Positions 13,048 through 26,011 of a DNA stretch of 64,000 nucleotides are shown here, one piece after another (within the stretch, counting starts at the first letter, position 1; each line of letters opens with the position of its first letter). Source of the stretch: Felis catus (Eukaryota); NCBI RefSeq assembly GCF_018350175.1, contig NC_058368.1, positions 60,142,001 to 60,206,000 of the forward strand, in the 5' to 3' direction. The translations under genes were made by a program, and so were the position numbers. A model generated the notes under the pieces. The model was not told the origin of the DNA and searched no databases. It saw only the letters and a program-made list of their open reading frames with translations.

Positions 13048-16000
13048 CAGGACTTGTATCAATATACATGAATTCACTAAATTCAACAATAAGAAAATAA
13101 CCAATTTAATATTGGGAAAAGATCTGAACAGGCACTTTACCATGAGGATATGCAGATGACAAATGAGCACAAACGAAGATGTTCAATACCATTAGGGAAT
13201 TGCAAATTAAAATAGCATTGAGATATCACTACACACCCAGTAGAATGGTTAAAATCCAAAACACTGGGAGCACCAAATGTTGATCAGGGTGCAGAGTAAC
13301 AGGAATTCTACACTCATTACTTGTGAGAAAGCAAAATCGTACAGGCACTTTGGAGGACACTGGCAATTCATTACAAAGCTTAACATAGTCTTGCCCTTCA
13401 CTGCAGCAATCATGCTTCTAGGTATTTACCCAGCTGAATTGAAAACATATCTACACAAAAGCCTACACACAAATATTTGTAGTAGCTTTGCGCATAATTT
13501 CCTTAAAAAATGAAAGTAACAAAGATTTTTGTCATTTGATGAATGTATAAACAAACTGTGGTACATCTATACAACAGATCATTATTTAGAGATAAAAATA
13601 AATGAGGTATCAAGCCATGAAAAAACATGGGAGAAACTTGATTGAATTTTCCTAAGTGAAAGAAGCCAGTCTGAAAAGACTATTTTTTGATTCCAATTAT
13701 ACATTTTGGAGAAGGCAAATCTCTAGCGAGCAAAAAGATCAGTGGTTGCCAGGGGTTGGGCTGGGACAGGATAAATAGGTGGAGGCTGAATAAATAAGAG
13801 CACAGAGGACTTTTAGAGCAGTAAACTATTCTGTACAATATGGTGAATGCAGGTGGTATGTTTGTTAAAACCTATAGAACTGCACAACACAGAGAGTGAA
13901 TCTTAAAGATTTTAATTAATAATTATGTACCAGTATTGGTTTATCAATGCAAAACATGAACCATGGTAATGCAAGGTGCTAATAATAAGGGAAACTGGGT
14001 GGAGGAGACACATGAGTATTTTATTATCTGCTCAATTTTCTCTAAACTTAAAATTGCTTTAAAATTAGTCTGACTTCAAATAAAGTCTTAATTTTTAATT
14101 TAATCATTCATAAATTACTTTTCTGTCAAACAGAAATATTTCTCTAAAAGTCCAAGAGAATAAAGTGGCTGAGTGTTAAGAAGATTGTAGCAAAAAAAAA
14201 AAAAAAAATGACCATACATACATACACCCACCCACACACAAGCATACAGATATTTATAAGCATATATCTTATTTAATGATGATGGTAGATATGTGGCAGT
14301 ATTTTTAAAGCTCATTTGGAAGTAATTGGCTAAATATTAAGAACAGTTTATTAAGAAATTTGTGGCTCAAATAAGCTATTTATGAATATCATAAATTAAT
14401 GAAAAATAATAAGCTAAAAATTCTACTATAATTTATGGTAAGAAAATTAATACTAGAAAAGAAAAATTCATGTGTATGTGTATCTTTGAATTATAATTAG
14501 ATGTAATTATGTTGTGCCACTACATGGCCAAACAAAATAGGTATGAGCTATACATGTTTAAAATGTTCATTATAAGTTACATCATAAGGCAAAGACACAA
14601 AGTTTGCATTGCACGCTAAACAAATTCAGCAGTTTTGTTTCCTTCTCAGAGTACATGTTTGTGGCTGTTTTTATTATATTTGTGGGACTGGTATCACTTT
14701 CTTTATCAGGCTAATAAAATTTTCATTTAAATTATCTATAGTACCTAAAAGAAAACAAGAAATTTGTAAATGACTTATACTCATTGATGAATACATTTTT
14801 GTAAGATCAACTCCAGTCAAATATATGGTAATAGTGTTAATAAGATTTATATAAGTAATGTCAATTTTCAACTATTTTAGTATGTATTTAATCTTTAGAT
14901 AGGCAAATACTGATCATATAATAAGATATTTATAACTAAAACTGGTTTATAACTAAAACTGGTATTTTTTGAAAATTCAATCTTTAGTCACATAATTTTT
15001 ATTATAATTTTGGTGTAATTAGATAACAGTTAATCTGAGGAAATAAACAAGGAAGGGTTTATGGGTTAAAATTTGAAAGAAAAAAAATAAAAGAATAGGA
15101 AGTTTTCCCTACCAAATAATAAATATATACTGTAGGCCAGTATTGATGTTTCTTATAGATTCAGATTGGAAAATAAGTAAAAAAATATTTTACATATTTT
15201 AGTTGAATAATTATAAACAAAAATGTTATTTATAGTGCCCACACACCTTGATTACCTCTGAAACAAGTTTCCCCCTTATTAAAACTGATGTTTTTAAGCA
15301 ACTATTTGATTGAGAAACTTATTTTATGCATATTATGGCTGGAACATTGTGAAAACACATATTATTTCTACCTCTAGAAATTTCATGTTTAAATGCACGA
15401 AAAGGAATTTTCAAAAAATTGAATGCTAATTTATAAGGATTTGATGGTATTTGAGAAAAGCAGTCATTTAGTAGTGAAACTTTTGAAGAAATAATGTTTC
15501 CATCAATGTCTTCTATTTCTTAGAGATGAATACCCGGGGGAAACCTAGTTGATATAATTAGCAGATAGTTGATGATAAAGCAATTATATAAAAGGTCATT
15601 TGCCTTACCTCTGAACAAAAAAAAAATTACCATCCCTGTTAGTCTATTAGTTGGTGGAATAATTTGTTTTATAAATGTTTCCGTTCATGCTGAAAATCAG
15701 CATAACTCTCATAGTGGAATGCCCTGGTTGAACCTGGTATACACAAATTGTAACACCTAGTGCTATGGTTGCACTTTAAACTGATATGTTGTCACTTCAA
15801 ATTACTTCGCATTGACATCTGTGGTTATTTAGAATTACAAGTTAATTTGGATGACTTCCAGAACAAATAAATAAGTGCAAAACTGTCTCAATGCATTTAT
15901 TGTGCTTGAATGATTGAAGGACTTTTTTTGTGGCTTTAATGTTCCAGAATAATTTTATCTCACAGCAGGAGGTGGCTAGACTTCCAAACAAACTGTTCTT

Positions 16001-16439
16001 TTATTGTAAGTTATATGACATCTACATGAAAAAGCATATTTAATTTTAATTACAATAATAATAAATAGAACATGACTAAAGCATCTTGCAAAAAGTTCTA
16101 TGCATAACATAATGACAATAATAACTATAATAGCAAAATATAAGTGGCAGTGTTGATAGAAAAACTTAATTAAATAGAAAAATTAAGCTTTTTGATTTCT
16201 CACAATAAAGAAATCATGCTTGAATGAACGGGATATGGGCTATTCAAAAATACTGAACAAAAGTAATGTGATCCTAAAACAGTAATTTTATTTTGGAAAT
16301 TAAACAATGTTTCCTATAAGAATTTACCAATTCAGTGCCATCTAGGGAACCATAGACAAAATGAAGAACATCCATTATGTCTATGGCATATCAATGTTCT
16401 CAGCAACCTATTACTGTAAGAGTCACCCCTACTTCTACA

Positions 16440-16600
16440 TCCATATCTTAAAGTTGTTCCTGAAGCTATGTAACATGGATGCTGCAACATGGTTTTGCCT
16501 TGTTCCTGAGGCATGTCTTTTCTCCATCTACATATTCATATGGGGAAATTCCATCAAGTTCCATGCTTTAATCTACATGCATGAATTTACATGAACTGTC
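16440..16600 (+). mobile_element. L2 fragment
   Basis: cttttctccatctacatattc...ccatcaagttccatgctttaatctac resembles L2. Confidence 0.45.
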
Positions 16601-17676
16601 CTGGTCTCCCAGGTAACATATGTCTTTTTGTGTCTTTCTCTCCAAGTATATATATTTACATGAGTAACATATTTATATCTATACATATGAAAATTAAAAT
16701 AATACTTAACCTTAGGTAATTATATGTGACTGTTTTCTAATAAATAAATGAAATTGAAACATCCCTAGAAAATAATAGAAGTAGAAATAAAAGTGATAGT
16801 TGAAATATTTAAGAACCAGTATTAGAAGAGTACCACTAAATCAGAAAGTTCTTCAGGTCTTTAGAAAGATAAATGAAGTACATTGGTAATAAAGTGCATG
16901 AGTTGTTATCAGCCTTGCTTTAAAACTTTAATTAAATTGATTTTGTAATACAAATTATTTCAGAATGAAACTATCAGACTCAAATTTTCTCAGCTCTAAC
17001 AAACATTCATGGAAAAATTAGCTCAAATATGAAGCAAGCTTCTACAGAGTATAGTAAAGTTACTTTTATTCCCTCTACAATAAATTGAAGAAAAATTATA
17101 GACCAGCCTTATCATAAATTTGTGTGTAATTTTTAAAAACTTTTCACAAATAAAATCCAGTAGTATTTCAAAAATTATAATACATATTGGCAAAGGGATT
17201 TCATCTCAGGAATTCAAAATCTGTAATATTACAAAACCAATTAATTTAGTTAACTTAATTTGCATAATTAAGTAGAAAACTCCAGCAGGTATGTTCTATA
17301 ATTCTTTCTACACAAGAAGAGCATAGATTTCTTTATTCTGTTTAAGTAATTGTCTTTATTTTGTTTAAATAATGTATCATGATTTACAAATGTGCCTGGC
17401 ACACAGCAGGTCCTTGGTAACATTTTTAAAATGAGTAACTGCAGGAAAAAAATAATACATGATAATACAACTTCTATTAATTATTAAAATAAAATAAAAT
17501 AAAATAAATAAACTCTTAACAAACTCGTAATAACAGGAAAACTTCTTTAATATGTTAAAGAGTATCTTAAAAAAGTACTGATAGTCATATAGGTAACAGT
17601 CTACTGACTGTTGAAATATTAAAAACAATATCTGTAAAACTGGTGGCTATATAACCAACATAAAAATAATTTTATT

Positions 17677-17864
17677 GGGGTACCTGGGTGGCTTAGTTGG
17701 TTAAATGATCGACTCTTGATTTCGGTTCAGGTCCTGATGTGATGGTCGGCTGGAACCTGCGCTTGACTCTTCATTGAACTTGGAGGCTGCTTGAGATTTT
17801 CTCACTCCCTCTCTCTCTCTCTGCCACTTCCCTGCTCACACACTCTCTCTCAAAATAAACAAAT
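17677..17864 (+). mobile_element. CAN-SINE, older diverged subfamily (GACTCTTGATTTCGG type)
   Basis: GGGGTACCTGGGTGGCTTAGTTGGTTAA...GACTCTTGATTTCGGTTCAGG head, (CT)n, AAAATAAACAAAT tail; AATAATTTTATT occurs on both flanks. Confidence 0.9.
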
Positions 17865-17934
17865 GATATTGAAAATTTTGGTAATAATAATTTTATTAAT
17901 AAGTGAGCAAAGAGAAATATGACTTTATATAATA

Positions 17935-18830
17935 CCTTCTACAATTGCAAAAAACTATAAAGTGCCCAACAATAAATGGCAATTTGAAATCATTTGATAT
18001 TTGACACAAAAAATTATAAAATGTTACTGAAAGGTTAAAAACTCTAAGTAAAGAAGGCTATATTATGTTCTTTGATTGTAACACTCAACAGCATAAAGAT
18101 ATCTATTTTCCAGTGTTTCACCTTATTTAATGAAATTCCTCTCATTTTTGAGAATTTTCACAACCTGATTTAAAAATGTGTACGAAAGGCAAATAGTCCC
18201 ATAATTACATGGTAGTTCTGAAGAAAAATGACCTGGACAATATGCTTTACTATGTTAAAAATATGTATTATAAACATAAGAATTAAGGTAATGCAGTAAA
18301 TGATCAAGAGTAGACAAATTTATGTATAAAATAGACATGGCCATATGAAACTTCACCATGGCAGAGGTGTTCTGTCACATCAGTGGCAAAATGGAGGACT
18401 ACTCAGCAATGTAACCAGAAAAATGACTATACCTTTGGGAAAAAAAGCGCATTTGAATCTGAAACTTTCCATAAACAAAATTTAACTCCAGTGAAATAAG
18501 AAACTAAATACCTAAAATCTCTAGAAAACTGATGAGAAAAACCATGTGCCTAGTTGAAATATGAACATAAACTTCATCAGACAATTCGCAAAAGGAGGAA
18601 TCACGTGATGGCAGGAAAACATACAGAGAAATGTTGAAAACTATTAACGATTAATGGAATGCAAGTCACAGATATCTTATGTACATTCAATTGGCAAAGA
18701 TTAAGGCCTACCAATGCCAAGTGCTAGGAAACATGTAAACCTACAGGAGCTCTCAGGTAGTGCTGGTGAAATTTGAATCATTCAACTACAGTAGAAAACA
18801 TGGTTACATTATAGTTTTACATCAGAAAAT
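17935..18830 (+). mobile_element. Decayed L1 ORF2 3' region (L1ME-like)
   Basis: attataaaatgttactgaaagg...tattatgttctttgattgtaacactcaac...ccaatgccaagtgctaggaaacatgt resemble L1 ORF2; heavily diverged. Confidence 0.6.
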
Positions 18831-18914
18831 ATTTTTCTGTAATAATTACGCTCTTCCAAGTTTTTCAGGCCAAAGTCTTTGAAATTCACCTGCCATCTCT
18901 CTTGCTCTCAAGAC

Positions 18915-19026
18915 TATGGTGACTGACCACCCAGTATTTTCAGGACTGAGAGGAGTCTCATGATGTGATACTTTCCATACTATCCCTGGAAAAAATCCAA
19001 GATAAGTCAAGAGGTTAGTCACCCCA
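18915..19026 (-). mobile_element. hAT-Blackjack MITE (MER81-like) inside an L2 fragment
   Basis: About 112 bp with degenerate TIRs TATGGTGACT.../...AGTCACCCCA; internal caggactgag...gatactttc. Flanks (about 18840-19110) are L2-like. Confidence 0.65.
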
Positions 19027-22000
19027 ACTCATGCCTCACACCCAAAGTATCTGAAAAACCAGTTTGCTTCAACTTCAAAATATGTTCAGAAAGTATTCTT
19101 GATACCAGGTCTACCATGACGAACCAGCTCAGATTCCTAATATCTGTCATCTTTTCGAAGTAAAAAGTTAGTCTTCAAAGACAAACATTGACTTGAACCC
19201 CAGTTTCACCCAGGACTCGTATTAATACCAGAGCTAGGAAATTGCCAAATGCAGACACCAGAATTTATATGTGTCAAAAATACTGTGAAGTGTGGGCCTC
19301 AGAGATGTCATGGGCCGCAGTTGGTAACTCCTGCAGTCCAACTCTATCTCAGACTCATCTGTAATACCTGCAGTTACTGTCCAGGGGTTGGAGTGGGAAT
19401 AAAGAAAACAGACTCTCTGAGGTTCCCAGTAGTGGGAACAATGTGATGTCCTGCCTTTACTACTCTACTTAGATCGTATCTTATCTCTTACCCATATCTG
19501 AGATGAACAATAAGGTCTGAATGAAGTGATCAAAGGCCAATTTCAAATGTTTACAGCCACTTCCTTCATTCAAGGAATTTCAGTACTTTGATTACAGGCA
19601 AGGAAAAAGAATCCAGAAATTGTTGGTAAATTTTTTCCCATTAAATACTTAAGTTATAAAATTAAAAAAAAAAAGGAAATTACTGGAAACAGAAGGGTGT
19701 TGTTTTTTAAATATCCAACTGTATTATATTGTTCAATATGCTAAGTATTTTTCAACTCTCCTGTTTATAAGGTTCAAGTCGATGCAATGCAGTGATTTCA
19801 TTTTGAGAAAATTGATGCTATTTCTACTATCTTTTACCTAGAGAAAAAACAAGGGTTTAAAAAAAACATTCAAGCACATTTTACTTTATATTTTGTATAA
19901 ATTAATCTATTTGATTTATAATAATCTGTAAACTTTAGACATTAAATACATATGAAACAAAAATAGCCAAATGCTTTATTTACGTTGTTTGAATTTATAC
20001 ATGAAAGCTTTCTCCAGGTGCAAAGGCAGAAATGAAGTATTATTTCCTCCATTATACTTAAATATATGAGAGATAACACTGTATTCTAGATATAGTGTAT
20101 TATTTTACACAGGTCATATCTGGTATCTAGCAATCAGTCAGGTGTTAGTACAAGGAAAATCTCTTGAACTGGAAGGATTTTTACTCTTCAGAAGAAAATC
20201 AAGAATCTATTTTATTTTAAGCTTTTATTCTAAGCTTTATTCCTTTTATTCTAAGCTTTAAAAAATGTCTTCTGACAGGGATGATTTTGGCTTTTTTATT
20301 AATATTTAAGCGTTTGCTGTGAGATAATAGTTCTTCAAAACCAGTGACCAGTAACACTGTGAGCTCCTGTTACTGGTATCCATTCGCATTTTTTAAAAGT
20401 AGGCTTGCTAATTTTACTTTGCTCAGGGCTCTCTGGGAAGATATAACTGTCTTTGATTGCACTAGTGTGTCACCTTGACAAAGCATTGAAAACTATGAGA
20501 AACCCCAAATGCCTTTGTAGAAAATACCATATAAAAACATTGGTATTCAGTGATTACTTTCGTAAGACAAACACATTAATCACACCTTTCATGGGACTAT
20601 ACTAGTTTAAATACTGGGGGAAAAAAAACCTATTTATTTGGCATGCTGTCTTTTGGTTAAAAGGTATTTCTTTCTTGAGTATAAAGGCAGTGTAAGGTCC
20701 ATGGTTTACATCCCATCTGTAAAATTTGGGGGAAATGACAAACATAAGACAAGGACAAAAATTAATTACTGCTGGAAAGAAGGAAGGATGCCATCCTTGA
20801 GAATCAGCCAGCTAAGGATGCTAGACGTAATGTACACTGAACTGGATATGTTAGAAAAGACAAATGGGGCATCTTAAAATTCTGACTCTCATTAAATAGC
20901 AGAGTGGGTGTGTGGAAAAGATCTTATCAAGGTCTCATTAATATTGCCAAACTTGGAAAGAGGGCAGATGGAGTATAGGCAAATAGCACAAGAAGATATT
21001 CTGCATAATGAGATGGGTCCTTCTTTCCTAAGAGAGTGGTCACAACAGGCTGAAAGGCAATGCTATCAAGAGTCCTCATGAATAAGTCAGCAACAGAAAC
21101 GACTGGCAATACTTAAAAAAACATATTACAAATTTTAAAGAGGGAGTAATACTGAATTAGCAGAGAAAATACATTTATTTTAGATTAAATTACTAAAGAA
21201 AAAAACTTTAATCACATTTCCCAAAATATTCCCAGAGGGAAAAACTTGGGCAAGTAATAATGAAGAAAGAAAAATGAAAAAGAAAAACTTTAGTGACAGT
21301 AAAGATAAGGTGAAGATGGTCTCTGAAATAAAAGAATTATAGTAGATTGCTCATTATTGGAAATTGATTTACTAAAAAGGAGCTACATACCTAGAGCGGT
21401 TCTCAAGTAAACATTTAACATAATGCTTAACTGTGAAATAACAGACGTAGTCCTGTAGAAACCAACGATCAGATATTTTATTTACAGGATTAAAAAAAAT
21501 CCTGGCTAACGAAATGGCATAAGAATAGACAGAAGGAATTAAAAAATCATAGAAATTATTATTATTGTCTCCACATGAAATTTTTGTCTTCCTTGAAAAC
21601 ACAAGAGGTTACCTCTCATAGAAGTAAGTTCTGTAAGATAATGTATCCATATAGAAATAGAGATAGTTGCATGCATACACATATGTAGCTAGTATTTACA
21701 TAGTGAAACATGTTTTAAATCAGTTAAATATCAATAAAAATGTTAAAACCTTCCTAACTGACTTATTTACTAAATACATAGGATCTGTACAAAAAGCAAA
21801 AACCAATTTGGATGTGACATGGAAGAGGAGACTTTTGTATTGGGACACTAAAACTTGATAGAACAAAATGTTCTCAAAATTAGTTCATAAAGGAAATGCA
21901 TTAATTATGAAAAAGTTAACATTTCAATTAATTGTGAAAAGGCAATACATATGACTGGCTATTTGAAAGATACTTTTTTTTTAGATTTTTAAACTTACCT

Positions 22001-22401
22001 CATTTCTCCATATATTTTAAATGTATTAAGTACAATGCAAACATAAAATTGACAGATGGCTAGAAAAAGCTACTAATGATCATTTCTGTAACTGGGAAGC
22101 CTTTTGAGAAAACAAATGTAGAAATCATTCATTATGCTAAGTTTACACACTATTAATGAGTTTAAACATTTCAACTAATTATTAATACTTTTTTCTTCTT
22201 TTCTGAATTATCTTTCCATGCCCTTTGCTTATTTTTATATTTAGAACTTCAACTATTCTGATACACAGATCTTTTAATAGCAACATTAACTTTTATTTCT
22301 TCACACATTTTTCAAAATGTTATTTGTATTATAATGTATCTCTATTTTCCCTATTTTTGCTTTCTACATTGCCTTTATGGTTAGAATACCCCCTAATTCT
22401 T

Positions 22402-22618
22402 TTTTTATTTTTTTTAATGTTTATTTATTTCTGAGACCGAGAGAGACAGAGCATGAGTGGGGGAGCAGCAGAGAGAGAGGGAGACACTGAATCCAAAGCA
22501 GGCTCCAGGCTCCGAGCTGTCAGCACAGAGCCCGATGAGGGGCTCGAACTCACAAACAGTGAGATCATGACCTGAGCTGAAGTCGGTCACATAACCGACT
22601 GAGTCACCTAGGCGCTCC
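22402..22618 (-). mobile_element. CAN-SINE (older member of a tandem pair)
   Basis: Minus-strand head GGAGCGCCTAGGTGACTCAGTCGGTTATGTGACCGACTTCAGCTCAGG; TSD CCCCTAATTCTT at 22390-22401 and 22620-22631. Confidence 0.96.
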
Positions 22619-22631
22619 TCCCCTAATTCTT

Positions 22632-22856
22632 TTTTTTTTAATTTTTTTTCAACGTTTTTTATTTTATTTTTGGGACAGAGAGAGACAGAGCATGAACGGG
22701 GGAGGGGCAGAGAGAGAGGGAGACACAGAATCGGAAACAGGCTCCAGGCTCCGAGCCATCAGCCCAGAGCCTGACGCGGGACTCGAACTCCCGGACCGCG
22801 AGATCGTGACCTGGCTGAAGTCGGACGCTTAACCGACTGCGCCACCCAGGCGCCCC
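22632..22856 (-). mobile_element. CAN-SINE, young felid subtype (younger member of the tandem pair)
   Basis: Minus-strand head GGGGCGCCTGGGTGGCGCAGTCGGTTAAGCGTCCGACTTCAGCCAGGTCACG with intact CpGs; perfect 17-bp TSD CTCCTCCCCTAATTCTT at 22615-22631 and 22859-22875. Confidence 0.97.
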
Positions 22857-25650
22857 AACTCCTCCCCTAATTCTTATAGATTGCATTGAAATACAGTGAA
22901 ATGATATTTTTTATTGTGTGGTTGAGAAATTCCCATTCAGTAGACCAGGTACAGCATCACTGATCAGGAAACACGTGGCAGCAGGAGCAATAGCAGATGT
23001 GTGAGTTACTATTTTTCCCCCTATCAACTCGGGCAGTGCACAGAAGTCTAGCAGAGTTGGGAGTCACTTCTGACCAGAAAGAAGGCTGTGAGGGATTGGA
23101 AATTCATGATTAGTAAAGAAGGGCCTCTCTGATGGCTCAGACACTAGAATACAGAAGCAATATCATTTGGCAAAACTTCTGAACCCCAAACCTTCCAACT
23201 AGGTCTTTGTGACTATAGCCATAAGTAGAAGGCATCTGATATGATCTAATTCTTGGCATGAGTGTTGCCATCACAGTTCGATAATGTGATAAGAAGCAGC
23301 AGGATTTGCCACATAAGAATTCATGATAAGGGAAGCACCAATCTCTTTGCATGTTTGCTGGGTTGGACTCCAAACTTTGTAAGAGTCTTTGTTTCAATGA
23401 TATATGCAATGGGCCATAGTCAGTTTCCTTTGTGCTTTGCAGGGTCCTGACATCTTTTTCTGAGATGTAAGTCTGCATAGGATCAGTTTAACACAAGTAA
23501 AAACTTGACATCTTACTCCAGTTCCAAGAACCCAAATGGGAGCTTCTAAACATTACAGTCCATTAACAATTCTTACCATTTCAAATTATAAATTTTGTGA
23601 GACTTGCCACTGGCAACATGATAAAGGAAGTTTAGTGTATTTGCTTCATAAGTTGTAAACTTAGTCTGAACTAATTTTCTATAAAGTCCTTTCCCTTTAT
23701 GCTTTAGTTTGGGTGGGCCACAATAAAGATTCTTATACGAGATTAAGATGGCAGAAATGCCATCTTCCATATTGGTTTTGATACTCACTGGTCATGACAA
23801 GGTCATCAGGAGCTGTTTTATGTATATACCAACTGCCCATAAATCGTAGATTGAAAGCTGTTCCTGGGGATATCAATTTTCCTCTAGCTTTGGCCTATAT
23901 TTTGCATGAGCCCAGGTAAAGTGTGTTGCACCACCAGAATAAACCTTCAATATACACTGGAATAATGTGCAATTAAAATATTACCACCACCATCACAGCC
24001 CCAGACTCCTTAGTTACTTGCATACCACTGAAAAGAAAGAGAACACTGCATGGGATGGCTGTACTCAACATTAGGCAAGTGACTTAGTCAGCTTGCCAGG
24101 AAGTGGTGAATGTTTGGTTTATACAATTTGTCTATGATCTGGTTACTTTTGGGGCTATATTGATCCTTCATTCTGTGGAAATGAAGTTCTATGGAATAGC
24201 AAACACATTTCTGTTTTACTTGACAAATTAAAAAAAAGATTTCAAGAGTGAATGATATCTATATATCCCAATACTAAATAATTGTTGTTCTGATATTTAC
24301 AGTTGTGTGTAAAGACAGTTAAACAGCCAATGCTTCAGATTCAGTATGTGTCTAATCAGATTCTCAGATTCAGAGAGGTCATCAGCCAGCAAAAACTCAG
24401 AGGACAGGCTATCAAACTGGCTACTTTACTCTTTTAGTCTCATAGGAAAGGGATATAATCATTAAGGTCTTTCTCATCTATTGACTCAATATTCAGTATC
24501 CTTCTGCATTTTCCCCACTATCACATGTGTGCAAGCTTTTAATAATTGCAAAGTGAGCTCTGCATGTGTGTGTGTGTGCGTGTGTGTGTGTGATTCAATC
24601 AGTACTTGTGATTCAACATTTTATGTTGCCCCTTCTTAAACAACTTACTTCAATGTCATTAATAACAATGACCAAACTCTATCAAAGGTGATCTTAATCC
24701 TTTCATCTCTATTCCTAGAAGTTTTGCTGAGATAGTACTCATAGTCAATGAACAGCAATCTAGATGGCTGGTCATATTGTCCCACGTGGACTTTCACACT
24801 TCCAAAGTGAATCATTGATCTCTAATCCCTTGATTTACTTCTAAAAACTATCATGAGTTTCAGGCGAAATATCTACCCCACTGCACCAATTGCCATGTTA
24901 GTAAGATGGCCAGACAGCACACACAATAGATTAGCATGAGAAACAGCATGCATCATGGAAACTTACAAATAGGAAAACAGTAGCAGGTGTGTGGGTACCT
25001 TACTGCTCTATCACACTTTAATGAACCCTAGCGCCTAGGTATATCCTGCACCTCAGGCTCCATGACCCTGGCTTTTTAGGCTGCAGGACTTTTATGTTAA
25101 ACAATTCAATAGTGTCCTCTCTCATTGGAGTAATTGGAGGTAGATTAGAATAGTAATATGAAGTGACAGAAACTTAGTTCCAGCTATGCTCCCATTCTAT
25201 TATATACAGACTGAAACTGGGATGGGGGGTAAAGTGGAAGAATTGGGTAGGGTGGACTAGCCCTTACCCTGGCTCTGGTATGAATCTGTTTTGTGGTCAA
25301 GTGATTAGTCCTTTAATTTTTCCTTAAAAATGATTACAAATATCACAAAATGTCTATTAAAGGACTTGAATCAAAGAACCCCTGTGTTCTCCCCATTGTT
25401 GTATAAATAGTTAAACGTATGAATCTTATTTTTAAGACTAAAATCTGTTAGTTATTTTTGCTTAAATAGAATTTAAAATTAATACTTCGGTTGATATACT
25501 GGTTGATTTCTGCTTTCATCTGTTAAAAGGCATTTAAAATGCCCAAAATACACTATGACTCTCATAATCCACAATAAACACATGGAGAAAAGAGGTATGT
25601 ACACTTTATAAATAAATAAAGGTAAAGTAAATAAGAGTTTCCAACTGATC

Positions 25651-25861
25651 TTTTTTTTTTAACGTTTTATTTATTTTTGAGACAGGGAGAGACAGAGCAT
25701 GAACAGGGGAGGGTCAGAGAGAGGGAGACACAGAATCTGAAACAGGCTCCAGGCTCTGAGCTGTCAGCACAGAGCCCGACGCGGGGCTCGAACTCACGGA
25801 CCGCGAGATCATGACCTGAGCGAAGTCGGCCGCTTAACCGATTGAGCCACCCAGGTGCCCC
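25651..25861 (-). mobile_element. CAN-SINE (felid, CTGACCCTCCC / AAGCGGCCGAC variant)
   Basis: Full SINE on minus strand; TSD TCCAACTGATCTTTT (25640-25654) / TCCAGCTGATCTTTT (25862-25876), one mismatch. Confidence 0.96.
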
Positions 25862-26011
25862 TCCAGCTGATCTTTTGAAGTTTTACTTCAATGTTTCCTG
25901 AAAAGCCTGGCTATTAAAATGAAATAATGAAAAAATCTCACTGGGTACAAATCATGTGATTTTCCCCTTATTCTTCCTTTTCCCCCATCTCTCCATGCTT
26001 GAACATCATTC

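Larger units (their letters stand above)
11595..14070 (+). mobile_element. L1 3' part (late ORF2 + 3'UTR, L1MC1-like), split by a younger L1
   Basis: ORF2-like aagaacaaagccagaggactgacactacctgacttt...tagtcttttcaacaaat; resumes at 13048 after the TSD; 3'UTR ataaataggtggag...gcacagaggacttttagagcagtaaactattctg...ctgctcaattttctctaaacttaaaattgct. Many stops and frameshifts. Confidence 0.85.

Noticed and set aside
11924..13513. L1 ORF2-like peptides as an active retrotransposon
   Set aside because: Short, frameshifted, 5'-truncated fragments from two different dead L1 copies.
20740..21110. Possible RTE/CR1 LINE remnant (SQLR motif)
   Set aside because: Similarity is limited to a few residues and cannot be supported without a profile search.
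23137..23478. 113-aa minus-strand ORF as an exon or processed pseudogene
   Set aside because: No recognisable protein similarity, poly(A) remnant or TSD; length is within chance range.
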